DNA of 64,000 nt from Euryarchaeota archaeon UBA558. GTDB lineage: Archaea; Thermoplasmatota; Poseidoniia; Poseidoniales; Thalassarchaeaceae. The notes under the pieces are model-generated. The model was not told where the DNA came from and made no database searches. It saw nothing but the letters and a program-made list of their open reading frames with translations. Every line of letters starts with the position of its first letter. The stretch's first letter is position 1. The position numbers and the translations under genes were made by a program. Shown in pieces: positions 19,944 through 29,700 of this stretch. Where the stretch lies: contig DAZE01000020.1 in the NCBI GenBank assembly GCA_002507175.1, forward strand, positions 5,872 to 69,871. Reading direction: 5' to 3'.

Positions 19944-21068
19944 ATGGCGGGATGGCTGACCGAATACGCTCCTCGGACCTTCGACCAGTTCGCTGCCCCA
20001 TCTAGGGTGTTGAAGCGTATCAGCGCCCTATCTTTATTGCCTCAACCCCCCCATTTGCTCATCACGGGCCCACCGGGCTCAGGGAAAACCGCACTTTGGA
20101 GGTTGTATGCCAGACAAGTCCTTGGCCCTTCATGGACCTCCCGAGTCCACGTTAGGAGTGTCAGGGACATGAAAAGGTCAAGAGGTGCAATGGACTCTTT
20201 CGAGCAGTTTCTGAGGCCTCAGGGAAAGGGATCATCTGACACTCTGGCCGGGATGACATCACTAGCTGCATTTCCCAATGGGGAGAATAAGCCCTCTGAT
20301 ACAGACCCCCCTCCTGCTGGAAGGGAGACAAGCAGCGATGACATCCAATCCCTCAGCCGACTAATTGTTCTAGAAGACGCTGATCATATGTCTCTGAGGT
20401 GGCAATCATATTTGCGGAGGATGATGGAGACTGTGGGCGTTGCCTCGAGATTCATATTCACTGCTAGGGCACCATCGGCAATTATTGATGCCTTGCGGTC
20501 CAGGACTCAGATGATCAGGATCCCAGCATGCAGGGAAGAGGGGATAACGAACGTATTGGACCAAATTATACAAAAGGAGGGTTGCATAATAGAGTCAGGG
20601 ATAATTGAGGACATTAGCTACATGAGCCAAGGTAACTTACGCCGAGCGATCTTCACCTTAGAACTTCTATGGGCACAAAGCGAACTTGGTAAGCGATCTT
20701 CTGTCCACGACTTAATGCAAGCAGCCACCATGCAAGCAGGCCGAGACGCAATCGAAAAGGCATTGAGAGGCCAAGTCGCAGATTCAAAGTGGATCGATCG
20801 CAAGGGGAAAAGAACCAAGATCAGAGTTGGGGCAGTAGCTGAAATAGACGCTCTATTGAACGATCATGGACTAGACCCCGATGACGTGGTAGATCAAATG
20901 CACAGCGCAATCGTCAGTCGACGACTACCCCTCTCGGACCTACTAAGAAATGAGCTGCTTCAAGCATTGGCAGAGTGCAGCAAGAGCCTTCAAACGCATA
21001 CTCATCCCAGAATACATTTCGAGCACTTCCTTCATCAGGTCGCGAGAGCAGGGCAGTTATTTGCATAA
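19944..21068 (+). CDS. rfc: Replication factor C-like clamp-loader subunit (divergent)
   Basis: WLTEYAPRTFDQF (RFC box II-like), Walker A GPPGSGKT, Walker B region LIVLEDADH and sensor region FIFTARAPSAIIDALRSRT (SRC-like). Confidence 0.75.
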   Translation: MAGWLTEYAPRTFDQFAAPSRVLKRISALSLLPQPPHLLITGPPGSGKTALWRLYARQVLGPSWTSRVHVRSVRDMKRSRGAMDSFEQFLRPQGKGSSDTLAGMTSLAAFPNGENKPSDTDPPPAGRETSSDDIQSLSRLIVLEDADHMSLRWQSYLRRMMETVGVASRFIFTARAPSAIIDALRSRTQMIRIPACREEGITNVLDQIIQKEGCIIESGIIEDISYMSQGNLRRAIFTLELLWAQSELGKRSSVHDLMQAATMQAGRDAIEKALRGQVADSKWIDRKGKRTKIRVGAVAEIDALLNDHGLDPDDVVDQMHSAIVSRRLPLSDLLRNELLQALAECSKSLQTHTHPRIHFEHFLHQVARAGQLFA

Positions 21069-21075
21069 TTTTCAG

Positions 21076-21153
21076 TGGCGGGCGCGGCAGGATTCGAACC
21101 CGCGGTCCCCGGCTTAGGAGGCCGGTGCATTATCCAGGCTATGCTACACGCCC
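21076..21153 (-). tRNA. tRNA-Arg (CCU), CCA encoded
   Basis: Hand-folded. Acceptor GGGCGTG/CGCGCCC, D-arm GCAT/ATGC, anticodon stem CCGGC/GCCGG, loop CUCCUAA, T-arm GCGGG-TTCGAAT-CCTGC. 78 nt. Confidence 0.9.
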
Positions 21154-21264
21154 AGCACGGCGAGGAGACTCCACAAAAGAAGCCCTCGCATAGAATTAGC
21201 CTTTTTTCTCTAGAGCGAGCGATGAACTCAAACCTACTGACAGTGAGCGTATGGTGAGGATAGG

Positions 21265-22689
21265 ATGGATCTGCCAACTCCTTACGCCCAGCAAGATGAC
21301 GAGGAGTCAACGCCATCGGCGATGAAAAGCAGGATCGAATCGAGAGACAAATGGCGAGGTCGTTGGACAAAATTAGCAGTAAATCCCCCCTCAGGACTTC
21401 TAAGATATTCCCTCTCGATCACATTACTGGTAGTTATCGTACTCTCTTCGACAACACTTGACCAGACTCTCCTAGACGCATCAAGGTTCATTTGGGCCCT
21501 TTCAGTAATTTCATTCATTCCACCATCAATTGCCGCTACCTATGCCAGAATGACCGCCAAGGATAGATTGGAGCTTAGAAAGAAGGGGTTTTCTCTAAGA
21601 GAGTCTTACGTTGGTGTTGAGAGAATCCTAAATCAACTCGATGAAAACAAGTTAACGGAAAGAACAAGGCTTTCCGCAGCCATCATAGGCTTGATACTAT
21701 CATCAACGATGGCATCAAACACACTCCAGACCGATTTGTCATTGACACTATTGGGGGTAACAGCACTTATGGCCGTCGTCGTCTTGTTAGCGACTATATC
21801 GGTAGAGAGACAAAAGACCATGGAAATGGGAAAGACACCCTTGCTCAAACTACACAACCCATCATTATTTGACACTATAGCAGACCCTCTGTTAGTTGAC
21901 TTGGTGTATGCACACCTCGACCCCGAGACCTCTAGCAAGTGGAATGACTGGATGGAGACGATTACCCTTAACGTTAGGAGAAATCAAAAATCCGAGCATG
22001 CAGTAGAAACCGTCCTCAGGAGCATATACTTCACAATGACAGACAAGATGGACCTTGGTGAGAGACGAAGAATATGCACGCAAGTCCTTAATATGCCAGC
22101 GGTCGAACGGCTAGAGTCACAGGATGAATTTTTTAACTTCGAGGAACTCGAGAATTTCCTCCTACATGTAGTTCAGAGAAAGCCCGGTATATTCAGATTA
22201 CTTTCCAGAACAATACAGAGGGCTGACAGGCTTAGAGCGACAGAGGACTGGACACTAGATGCTGATCTACCGCCCAGAGCCACCCATGGTGAGAGTGACT
22301 TATTCGTCTTGGCAAGCCCTGGAAAGTCATCGGCCGCCCCTTTCGAAATCGACATAATAACAGTCGAGGGGGAGCCTGAAACTCAAGTAATTCGACTGCC
22401 ACCCATAGATCGAATAGAAAGACCAGGGAGAGCCGAGGGTGCCGAAGACTGGCAGACTTTCAATTCGGTCATAGATCGCTCGCATGTACTTTGGATAGGC
22501 ATGGCCTGGAATAAATCGGGGCATGAGGGCCGATCTGTTCAGGTAAACCTCCTTTCCGAAAACTCAAAAACGGTGAAATCTCAAGTGCTTTGGACGATCA
22601 TGGAAGATGGAGACGGCTTACTAGTATCCACAGTGAGAAAATCCTTGAAAGAGGTTTATTCAATGATAACTCGGAGCATAATCCGATAG
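21265..22689 (+). CDS. Hypothetical membrane protein (about 4 TM helices plus a roughly 280-aa soluble domain)
   Basis: 474-aa ORF with hydrophobic helices such as LSITLLVVIVLSSTTL and LTLLGVTALMAVVVLLATI. No family recognised. Confidence 0.6.
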   Translation: MDLPTPYAQQDDEESTPSAMKSRIESRDKWRGRWTKLAVNPPSGLLRYSLSITLLVVIVLSSTTLDQTLLDASRFIWALSVISFIPPSIAATYARMTAKDRLELRKKGFSLRESYVGVERILNQLDENKLTERTRLSAAIIGLILSSTMASNTLQTDLSLTLLGVTALMAVVVLLATISVERQKTMEMGKTPLLKLHNPSLFDTIADPLLVDLVYAHLDPETSSKWNDWMETITLNVRRNQKSEHAVETVLRSIYFTMTDKMDLGERRRICTQVLNMPAVERLESQDEFFNFEELENFLLHVVQRKPGIFRLLSRTIQRADRLRATEDWTLDADLPPRATHGESDLFVLASPGKSSAAPFEIDIITVEGEPETQVIRLPPIDRIERPGRAEGAEDWQTFNSVIDRSHVLWIGMAWNKSGHEGRSVQVNLLSENSKTVKSQVLWTIMEDGDGLLVSTVRKSLKEVYSMITRSIIR

Positions 22690-22731
22690 TTAGGAGCGTC
22701 ATGTTCATTCATAGGGCCTAACTGGCGTGCC

Positions 22732-24147
22732 ATGAGTGCAATGGAGTCATGGGACGTCATCGTCATTGGAGCAGGCCCTTCGGCGCAAAGAGCAGCAATA
22801 GCCTGCCACGATTCTGGGGCAAAAACAGTGATGATCTACCAGACTCCAGGAACTATCACTCCTGCATCAGTAGCCGGCTTGGCGACTTCACTGGGTGAGA
22901 TTTCCCCAGAATCACACATAGAGGATACTTTGGGATTAGGTGACCTAGGGTTGAATGAGGCGACTGTTAGGAGAATATGCTCATCCGCTGAAGAGATTGT
23001 CGCTGAATTTGAGCAATGGGGAATGATATTCCGAAGGGATGAGAGTGGTATGCCACATTTGGCCGAAGCCCCCGGACACAAGTCATCCAGATTATCAGGG
23101 GCAGGCGACTCCACTAATCGATATGTCAGCAAGATATTAGATGAACAACTATTGAAGCGAGCCCTTCAAAGAAGACAGAACAACGTGCCCCTGTCCTTGA
23201 TCATGGACAACGGACAGGTACGCGGTCTTGTCACATTCGACCTCATGGACGGCGAAGTCAAAGCATTTCAGTGTAAGAGCGTTATACTTGCATGTGAGGG
23301 ATATCAGGGTCTTTGGACGAGCGTATCCGAGGGCTCAGGAAATGCGATCGCATTGGCAATTAGAGCAGGGATAGAGCCCCAAAGGATAACCGACATCCCA
23401 TTCCACCCTATGGTGATCAGGGGCACGTCAATACCCATACCATACGAGGTACTGTCGGCTGGGGGAAGATACAGATCAGAGTCTGGCGACGATATAGACC
23501 CACTTGCGAACGAGGGCGATGCTGTCATAGATCTCAGGTTCATAGAAAAAGATGAATTGACCTGGTTGGAATCAATACGAAAAGTGATATTAGACTCAAC
23601 CGGTTTGAATATCAGCGTGGATGTCGTTCCTGTGACGTCTGGAGTGATCTACACAACAGGGGGGCTCCCGGTCGACCAATTGGGCAGAGTCACGATGGAG
23701 GATGGGAAGATGTGGGCCACCGGGGTATTCGCCGCCGGACCCTCTGCTAACACAGGCTTTCACGGTTCCAAAATCCTGCCTGGGAACCTTCTGCTTGCAA
23801 ACCTCTCAACAGGGGCCACAACTGGACATGAGGCAGGAACCTGGGCCAAAAACTGCCAGTTTGGTGGCACGAAACTGATCCTAGAAGGATTAGAAGACTC
23901 AAGGAAAATGATCGGGAACCTCAACAGAGAAGACGGAATAAGCGTGGGATCAGCAGAGGCTAGAATAACTAATCAAGCGAAATCCTTCTTGTCCGGTGAG
24001 ATAACGACAGAATCATTCGTGGAGACTGGGAAAGAAGTATCCAATTCAGTTCGGACGAGCTCGCCAGCTGGTGTAATGAATCAAGAGTTTGCGGCAGCCC
24101 TCAGGATCATAGACCTCGGCACTATTGTTTCATCAATACCTCTGTGA
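22732..24147 (+). CDS. FAD-dependent oxidoreductase, SdhA/FrdA/NadB-like flavoprotein (divergent)
   Basis: N-terminal dinucleotide fold WDVIVIGAGPSAQRAA and late motif ATGVFAAGPSANTGFHGSKILPGNLL (compare GLYAAGE..HGANRLGGNSL). 471 aa is shorter than typical family members. Confidence 0.7.
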   Translation: MSAMESWDVIVIGAGPSAQRAAIACHDSGAKTVMIYQTPGTITPASVAGLATSLGEISPESHIEDTLGLGDLGLNEATVRRICSSAEEIVAEFEQWGMIFRRDESGMPHLAEAPGHKSSRLSGAGDSTNRYVSKILDEQLLKRALQRRQNNVPLSLIMDNGQVRGLVTFDLMDGEVKAFQCKSVILACEGYQGLWTSVSEGSGNAIALAIRAGIEPQRITDIPFHPMVIRGTSIPIPYEVLSAGGRYRSESGDDIDPLANEGDAVIDLRFIEKDELTWLESIRKVILDSTGLNISVDVVPVTSGVIYTTGGLPVDQLGRVTMEDGKMWATGVFAAGPSANTGFHGSKILPGNLLLANLSTGATTGHEAGTWAKNCQFGGTKLILEGLEDSRKMIGNLNREDGISVGSAEARITNQAKSFLSGEITTESFVETGKEVSNSVRTSSPAGVMNQEFAAALRIIDLGTIVSSIPL

Positions 24148-24152
24148 TAAAA

Positions 24153-24566
24153 ATGAAAACCATATTTACAGAGATAATTGAGGGACGTATACCTTGCAAC
24201 TTAGTTTATGAGAATGATAGCGTAATCGCCTTTCTTGATATCAATCCAGCCTCGAGGGGGCATACGTTGCTCGTACCGAAGGAGCCCGTTGAGAGAATAG
24301 ACCAACTGAGCAGAGATGCCGCTGCCGAACTCGGAGCTGCCATCCCAAAGGTATGTCGAGGGGTCATGAAAGCAACAGGGGCCATCGCCTACAATCTGAT
24401 ACAGAATAATGGTCGAGAGGCAGGAATGACGGTTCCGCACGTCCATATCCACATTATTCCACGGTACCCCGAATCTTGTCACAATTTCACTTGGGATCAT
24501 GGGTCATTGGAACAAACCGAAGCAGTCGAACTCGCAAAGAGCATCAAAGACAGTATCGTGGACTGA
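24153..24566 (+). CDS. HIT family (histidine triad) nucleotide hydrolase/transferase
   Basis: HVHIHIIPR histidine triad and FLDINPASRGHTLLVPK. ATG 24153 preferred over the GTG at 24144 that overlaps the upstream stop. Confidence 0.9.
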   Translation: MKTIFTEIIEGRIPCNLVYENDSVIAFLDINPASRGHTLLVPKEPVERIDQLSRDAAAELGAAIPKVCRGVMKATGAIAYNLIQNNGREAGMTVPHVHIHIIPRYPESCHNFTWDHGSLEQTEAVELAKSIKDSIVD

Positions 24567-24602
24567 ATCCTTACAAGTCTTGAGTTCTCTCGTGAAAATA
24601 TC

Positions 24603-26084
24603 ATGAGCGAGCAAATGGAGGCTTTGACCCCCGAGTTGTCCAGAAGCGCCATGCGACTGAACAAGGAAAAGCTCCAGGCAGTCCCTTGGAACCACCAGGG
24701 GAATCATCCTGGCTCCTTGATTATATGGAAATTGTTCAGAACCATGGTGACCTTCGGCCACAAGGCCATATTTCGAAGATCAAAGTCAGACAATGCACCA
24801 GAAATCGACGGAGGAAGGATATCCGTTTCCACTCACATAAACGGGTTGGTTGATCCGCTGGTAATCGTAAATAGTCAAGAAAGGCGCTTCACCGCACTTG
24901 GAAGACATGATCTGGTCACACGCCCTCTTCTTGGATGGTGGTGCAGAGGGCTGGGTATCCAACCGATCCTGAGAAGGGTTGAGATGTCTGAAGGCGTGAC
25001 GGACTCTGAGTTTGCCAGATTCATCAACCAAAGGAGTATGCTCACAGTATCAAATTGCATATCTACAGGACATTCCGCCGTGGTTTTCCCGGAAGGAACA
25101 TCCCACCAAGATTCTTTGCTTCATGGCTTCAAAACAGGCCCTTTCAGGACTGTTTTCGCAGCTTCAGCCATAGCAGAACTTCGTAATTTGCCTCTACCAC
25201 ACCTCCAACCAACGGGATTGCATTGGCGAAATCATACCCAGTTTAGAACCGACCACTATGTTGAGTACCTGGACCCGATACCCATACCAAATCCCTACAA
25301 CGAGAAAGAGGCTAAGGAACTGATCTTGGGGAAATGGGTTGAACCACCAGAGAAAGCAGTCATATCCATGAGAGACAGGGTTTACCAGATCCTAAAGGAA
25401 ATAACCCCTGATGCACCGGATTGGGATACGTACCGGTCATGGACACTGATCGCCAACAGAAGTCGAAAGGAGGAAGAATTGGATCTTCATCAAGAGCTGA
25501 TTGAAACTAGGAAAGTGCGAGAGATTTGGAGGCAAGGAAAACTTAACGAGGACCTTATGGACAATGCGAGAATATCCTCAAAATTGCTTTTCGAGAATGG
25601 CTTGGACGGGAGGGACCTCGACCAAAACGGTCAGTTGAAGCGGGAAGACGGGGCGTTCCTGAACTTAGTTCTTGGAACATTCATCATACTCCTTTCATCA
25701 CCTCTATTTGTCTTGGGCACTTTCCCACAGGCATTCATGGCATGGTGGCTTGGTGATCGTACCGATGAAGGAATAGATGCAAGAACTACCTATCATCTTC
25801 TGGCAGCAATGTTTTCTATTCCCATATTCTGGCCCTTTTTCTCTATTATCTGGACCTTGCTCGCCATCAATGTGGTGGGAATTGAGGCAATTTATGCTCC
25901 AATTATCTTCATAATTCTACTGCCTTCATTCTACATAGCCACCCTTACGACAGCATACGGATATGATTTGACTCAAGATTTTCTACGCAATCGAAGGAGG
26001 GTTAAACTGTCAAGAAAAGATGATTCGGTGAAGCTGCAAAATTCAATAATCCGAGTCGACAAACACTTAGTTGACCTCATATAG
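24603..26084 (+). CDS. Phospholipid/glycerol acyltransferase family protein (PlsC/GPAT-like) with a C-terminal membrane domain
   Basis: STHINGLVDPLVI (H-x5-D variant of the acyltransferase HxxxxD block) and VVFPEGTSH (FPEGT block). Three or four C-terminal TM helices. Confidence 0.65.
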   Translation: MSEQMEALTPELSRSAMRLNKEKLQAVPWNHQGNHPGSLIIWKLFRTMVTFGHKAIFRRSKSDNAPEIDGGRISVSTHINGLVDPLVIVNSQERRFTALGRHDLVTRPLLGWWCRGLGIQPILRRVEMSEGVTDSEFARFINQRSMLTVSNCISTGHSAVVFPEGTSHQDSLLHGFKTGPFRTVFAASAIAELRNLPLPHLQPTGLHWRNHTQFRTDHYVEYLDPIPIPNPYNEKEAKELILGKWVEPPEKAVISMRDRVYQILKEITPDAPDWDTYRSWTLIANRSRKEEELDLHQELIETRKVREIWRQGKLNEDLMDNARISSKLLFENGLDGRDLDQNGQLKREDGAFLNLVLGTFIILLSSPLFVLGTFPQAFMAWWLGDRTDEGIDARTTYHLLAAMFSIPIFWPFFSIIWTLLAINVVGIEAIYAPIIFIILLPSFYIATLTTAYGYDLTQDFLRNRRRVKLSRKDDSVKLQNSIIRVDKHLVDLI

Positions 26085-26104
26085 GTCACGTATCATGACA
26101 TTCC

Positions 26105-26743
26105 GTGGACGCCAAAGCTGCAGCCGACTCTATCCGCCGATGGCTTGGCAATGAGAAGCTCGAAACAAGACAAGTCGAAGATGGCAAAGCACTATTGCAT
26201 CTGCACGTCAAGTACCCCCCGACAAAAGACGGTCATATATTCAACATAGTGATTCCAAAGGAGCGTTCACTGGTCCTGATTTATTCGGTAACAAGGGTTG
26301 ATCAAGGACAGCAGAATGAGATGACTGAATTTAGAAATGAAGACTTAATTGGATGGAAGGGGTGGCTCCACGAGACTAGAATGAACCTGACTCGATCCAA
26401 ATTAGATTGGGTACTCCACGTAGGAAAGGAGGATGACAAAAAGCTTCCAGGCCCATTACAGGCATTCAATATATCAAAACCCATATGGTTTGATGGACTC
26501 ACCCAGAACGAACTCATGCAGACCATGCGAGCCGTTTGGCTCACGAAACTTTCAATCATCCACCAAATAAAATTCGATTACGGCAAGGGCGTCGGCAAAC
26601 CCGGCCCCGTCGACGATTGGAAGGGAAGGAAGAGAAGCAGTCCAGTTAGATCCAGCCAAAACTCAGCAGTAGAATCACCAGAGGTCAATTTTGACGACGA
26701 TGCAGGATTCGGTCAGGGTTTTGACCCCACTGAATGGGCTTGA
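26105..26743 (+). CDS. Hypothetical protein
   Basis: 212-aa ORF with a GTG start and compact spacing to its neighbours. No confident family assignment. Confidence 0.6.
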   Translation: MDAKAAADSIRRWLGNEKLETRQVEDGKALLHLHVKYPPTKDGHIFNIVIPKERSLVLIYSVTRVDQGQQNEMTEFRNEDLIGWKGWLHETRMNLTRSKLDWVLHVGKEDDKKLPGPLQAFNISKPIWFDGLTQNELMQTMRAVWLTKLSIIHQIKFDYGKGVGKPGPVDDWKGRKRSSPVRSSQNSAVESPEVNFDDDAGFGQGFDPTEWA

Positions 26744-26783
26744 TCAAAACTGACCTGAATGGGTTGACATTAAGTATGCAAAA

Positions 26784-29700
26784 ATGAACATCCAATTCCC
26801 AGAGGGTATTGCAGTGGACTCCAAGAAGAAAAAAAACAGCTTTTTGATGACTTTCCTCATGCTATCCAGCCTGATCGCTGTGATGGCGGTTCCAGCTCCC
26901 GTTCAAGCGAGTGAAATTGTACTAACCGATGCCATAAACGTCGTGAATAGTGGCCCTAACTCAGACAACATGGTCGCAGTGAATGCTGACTCCGAGGGGA
27001 ATGTTCACTTTGTATGGAGTAGAAATACACAACACTTGTATTACAAGATGCTAGGCCCTGCGGGCGAGACACTGATCTCAGAGACCCAGATTTCAAATCC
27101 TGGGGCACATCAAGCATGGCATCCCGACATTGCGATTGACTCAGAGGATCGGGTGCACATTGTATGGGCAGACAGGTCAGGTCAGTGGACCATTTGGTAC
27201 CAGATGCTGGACCCAGAAATGCATGAACAGGACGGAACTACTGCAGTTGACGGGCTAAATGGAATATCAATAATCGACGATTACGAAATAAAAACCGCAT
27301 CTCAGGACCGGGACTGGCCAGCAATTGCGATCGACTCCCTTGATAATGCCCACATCGTATGGCAAGACAATCATGACCCGTTGGACTTGTACTACTCCCA
27401 GACTCAGATTTACTACGAAATGATTGAGATTGACGTGTCGAGTAGGGAGGCGCAGACCAAGATAGACGCCACTCTACTCACACCGATAATCGGAATGAAA
27501 GGACATCCGGATATTACCATTGATAGCGAGGATTTCGTCCAAGTTGTATGGGACGACACCAGAGGCGGCAAGGTCGAGATGGTTGTACCCATCGATACCT
27601 CAGGGTCTATGGGCACTGAGTGGGCAGACATGTGCACCGTGTTTTATGGGGGGCAGTTCTCTTCAGGTGGCAATTTTATCGGATTGAAGCCGATGTTGGA
27701 ACAAGCCAACATGACAGTCTTCGAGACACTTTATGGAATAGGAGGTGTCCAGCAAGTTGCAGCCGCCACATCTGGCTATTGCACAACAGCCTATCAGACG
27801 GGAGGATCTGGTAGTCAGGGGCCAAGGGCGAATCATCTAGGTCAGACACCAACAGATACATCAGGAGGTATCAGGAAACTCACTGGCGCTGTGTTAGGCG
27901 GTTCAGCCATATCTCTGAGCTACGATGGTGGTGGCCAAGGTTCAGAGGCATGGGGACCATCTTCAACTTGGTCGTGCCTCTCATGGAGAGATGCCCAGGG
28001 CAGGCTGGGTAACCTGGCGAACCCTCCTACAACGGAAGATCATAGATGGAACCCCAACGCTACGAAAATCATCATACCCATCTCTGATGAGAATGCTAAC
28101 GATGGAAGCCCTGAGGATGCCACAGACCGTGAATCAGTGGATGAGGCCCATGACGCATGTGTGTTAGCTGGCATATCCCCCGTGCCCCTCTGGGCAGGGT
28201 CTGACAATTCCGTAGGATCTCAAATGAGGGACTTAGCGGAATGTCCGAACAATCAACCCGGGACACCATCAGTCACACGATATTGTCCTGGTGGAACACC
28301 AAGAACCTCTCATGCACAAGGGGCTGTATATGCATTCCCAACGGGCCAATCTGCAGCAACGGAACTTCAATTCATGGTTGAAGCCCTAATCTACCTTGCC
28401 ACCAACGCCTCTAGAGAAATTTTCCTGACAGTGCTCGATCCATATGCTCTCCTGGATAATCCATGGGTTGGGTTCACCCCCGGCCAACCAGCCACGCAAT
28501 GTTTCCCACAATGTTCAGCTACCAGCGGCTCAAGGTACTACATCGAGGACGTCGGTCCATCACTGGATCTCGAAGGTTACGGGCATCTGGTCGTCGTCAA
28601 TGACACACGTGTCACCCTTCAGGATGCGTATAGCCTGCACCCAAGCATAGCCTTGGATAGCCAAGGCAATACCCACATAGCCTGGATGGATGGACGTCCC
28701 TACGGCTTCGACCTGGAGGTTAACTACGAGGTCTTCTACACTAGATTGAAACTCAAAGGGGCTGGTATATGGGACGGCGCCAGCGACGGTTTGCCGTCCT
28801 TCGGGATAAAACAGATAATGGATTCTGCAATATCTAACGTCGAGGGATTGGATTGGTTTGACGATAACCCCGATCGTGGTCTTTATGATGCGACTTCCTA
28901 CCTACCAGAGATATTAGTCGATGATTTTGACAACGTACACATCGCTTGGTTGGACAACAGTAACTTAAGCCAAGGCGAGTCAATAATGTATACCCGATTG
29001 AATAGTACTACCGATGAGTATCCAAATGGGTTCCCGACGCTCAATAATCTAGCCCTCGCTGTTCTGGATCAATGGGAAATATTTGAGGTCTCGTCATGGA
29101 AATCTGGTAAACTAGGCCCCAACTCGGGTCGAAACCCACAACTCGGCACACCTCCCGCTTTTGCCAACGACCTAGGAAGTGGAGCTCATGTCGCATGGTC
29201 CGACTCGACAAAATGCGGGGAGAGCAACAGTGCTAAGGAAACCCTCTGCTATGTACACGTTCTTACAGGTTTGGTGGATGTAGCGCTTGCTCCATCCGAG
29301 ACTTACTATCACGTAATCGAACCAGGGGAGAGCACGATTTACAACCTGACGATAGACAACCCTACCCCAGGCCCCTCCGATCTAGTGGCTGACACATTCC
29401 GCCTGACCGTCGAAAACGTACCGATGAATTGGAGCGCTACCCTGTATTACGCGTCGAATCACACTCCAATTTTTGACTCGACCCCCATCTACCTAAAAGG
29501 CAATTCAGACGGTCAAAACCTTGTGCCATTGTACCTGAGGGTCAGAGCCCCAACGATATACCAAGCTGAAGGAGACCAACTTGCTGAGATCAATGTGCGA
29601 GCGGTTTCTTACAAGGATCCGGCAATTGATGATGATCGACAACTTGTCGTGTTGATGGATGTAGTCCATGGAATAGATCTCTCCACCATCAACAAAAACA

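Noticed and set aside
18824-21153. Two tRNA genes (Asp, Arg) as possible boundaries of an integrated element
   Set aside because: The genes between them are core housekeeping (guaAA, rpoP, RFC-like). I saw no integrase and no direct repeat of a tRNA 3-prime end.
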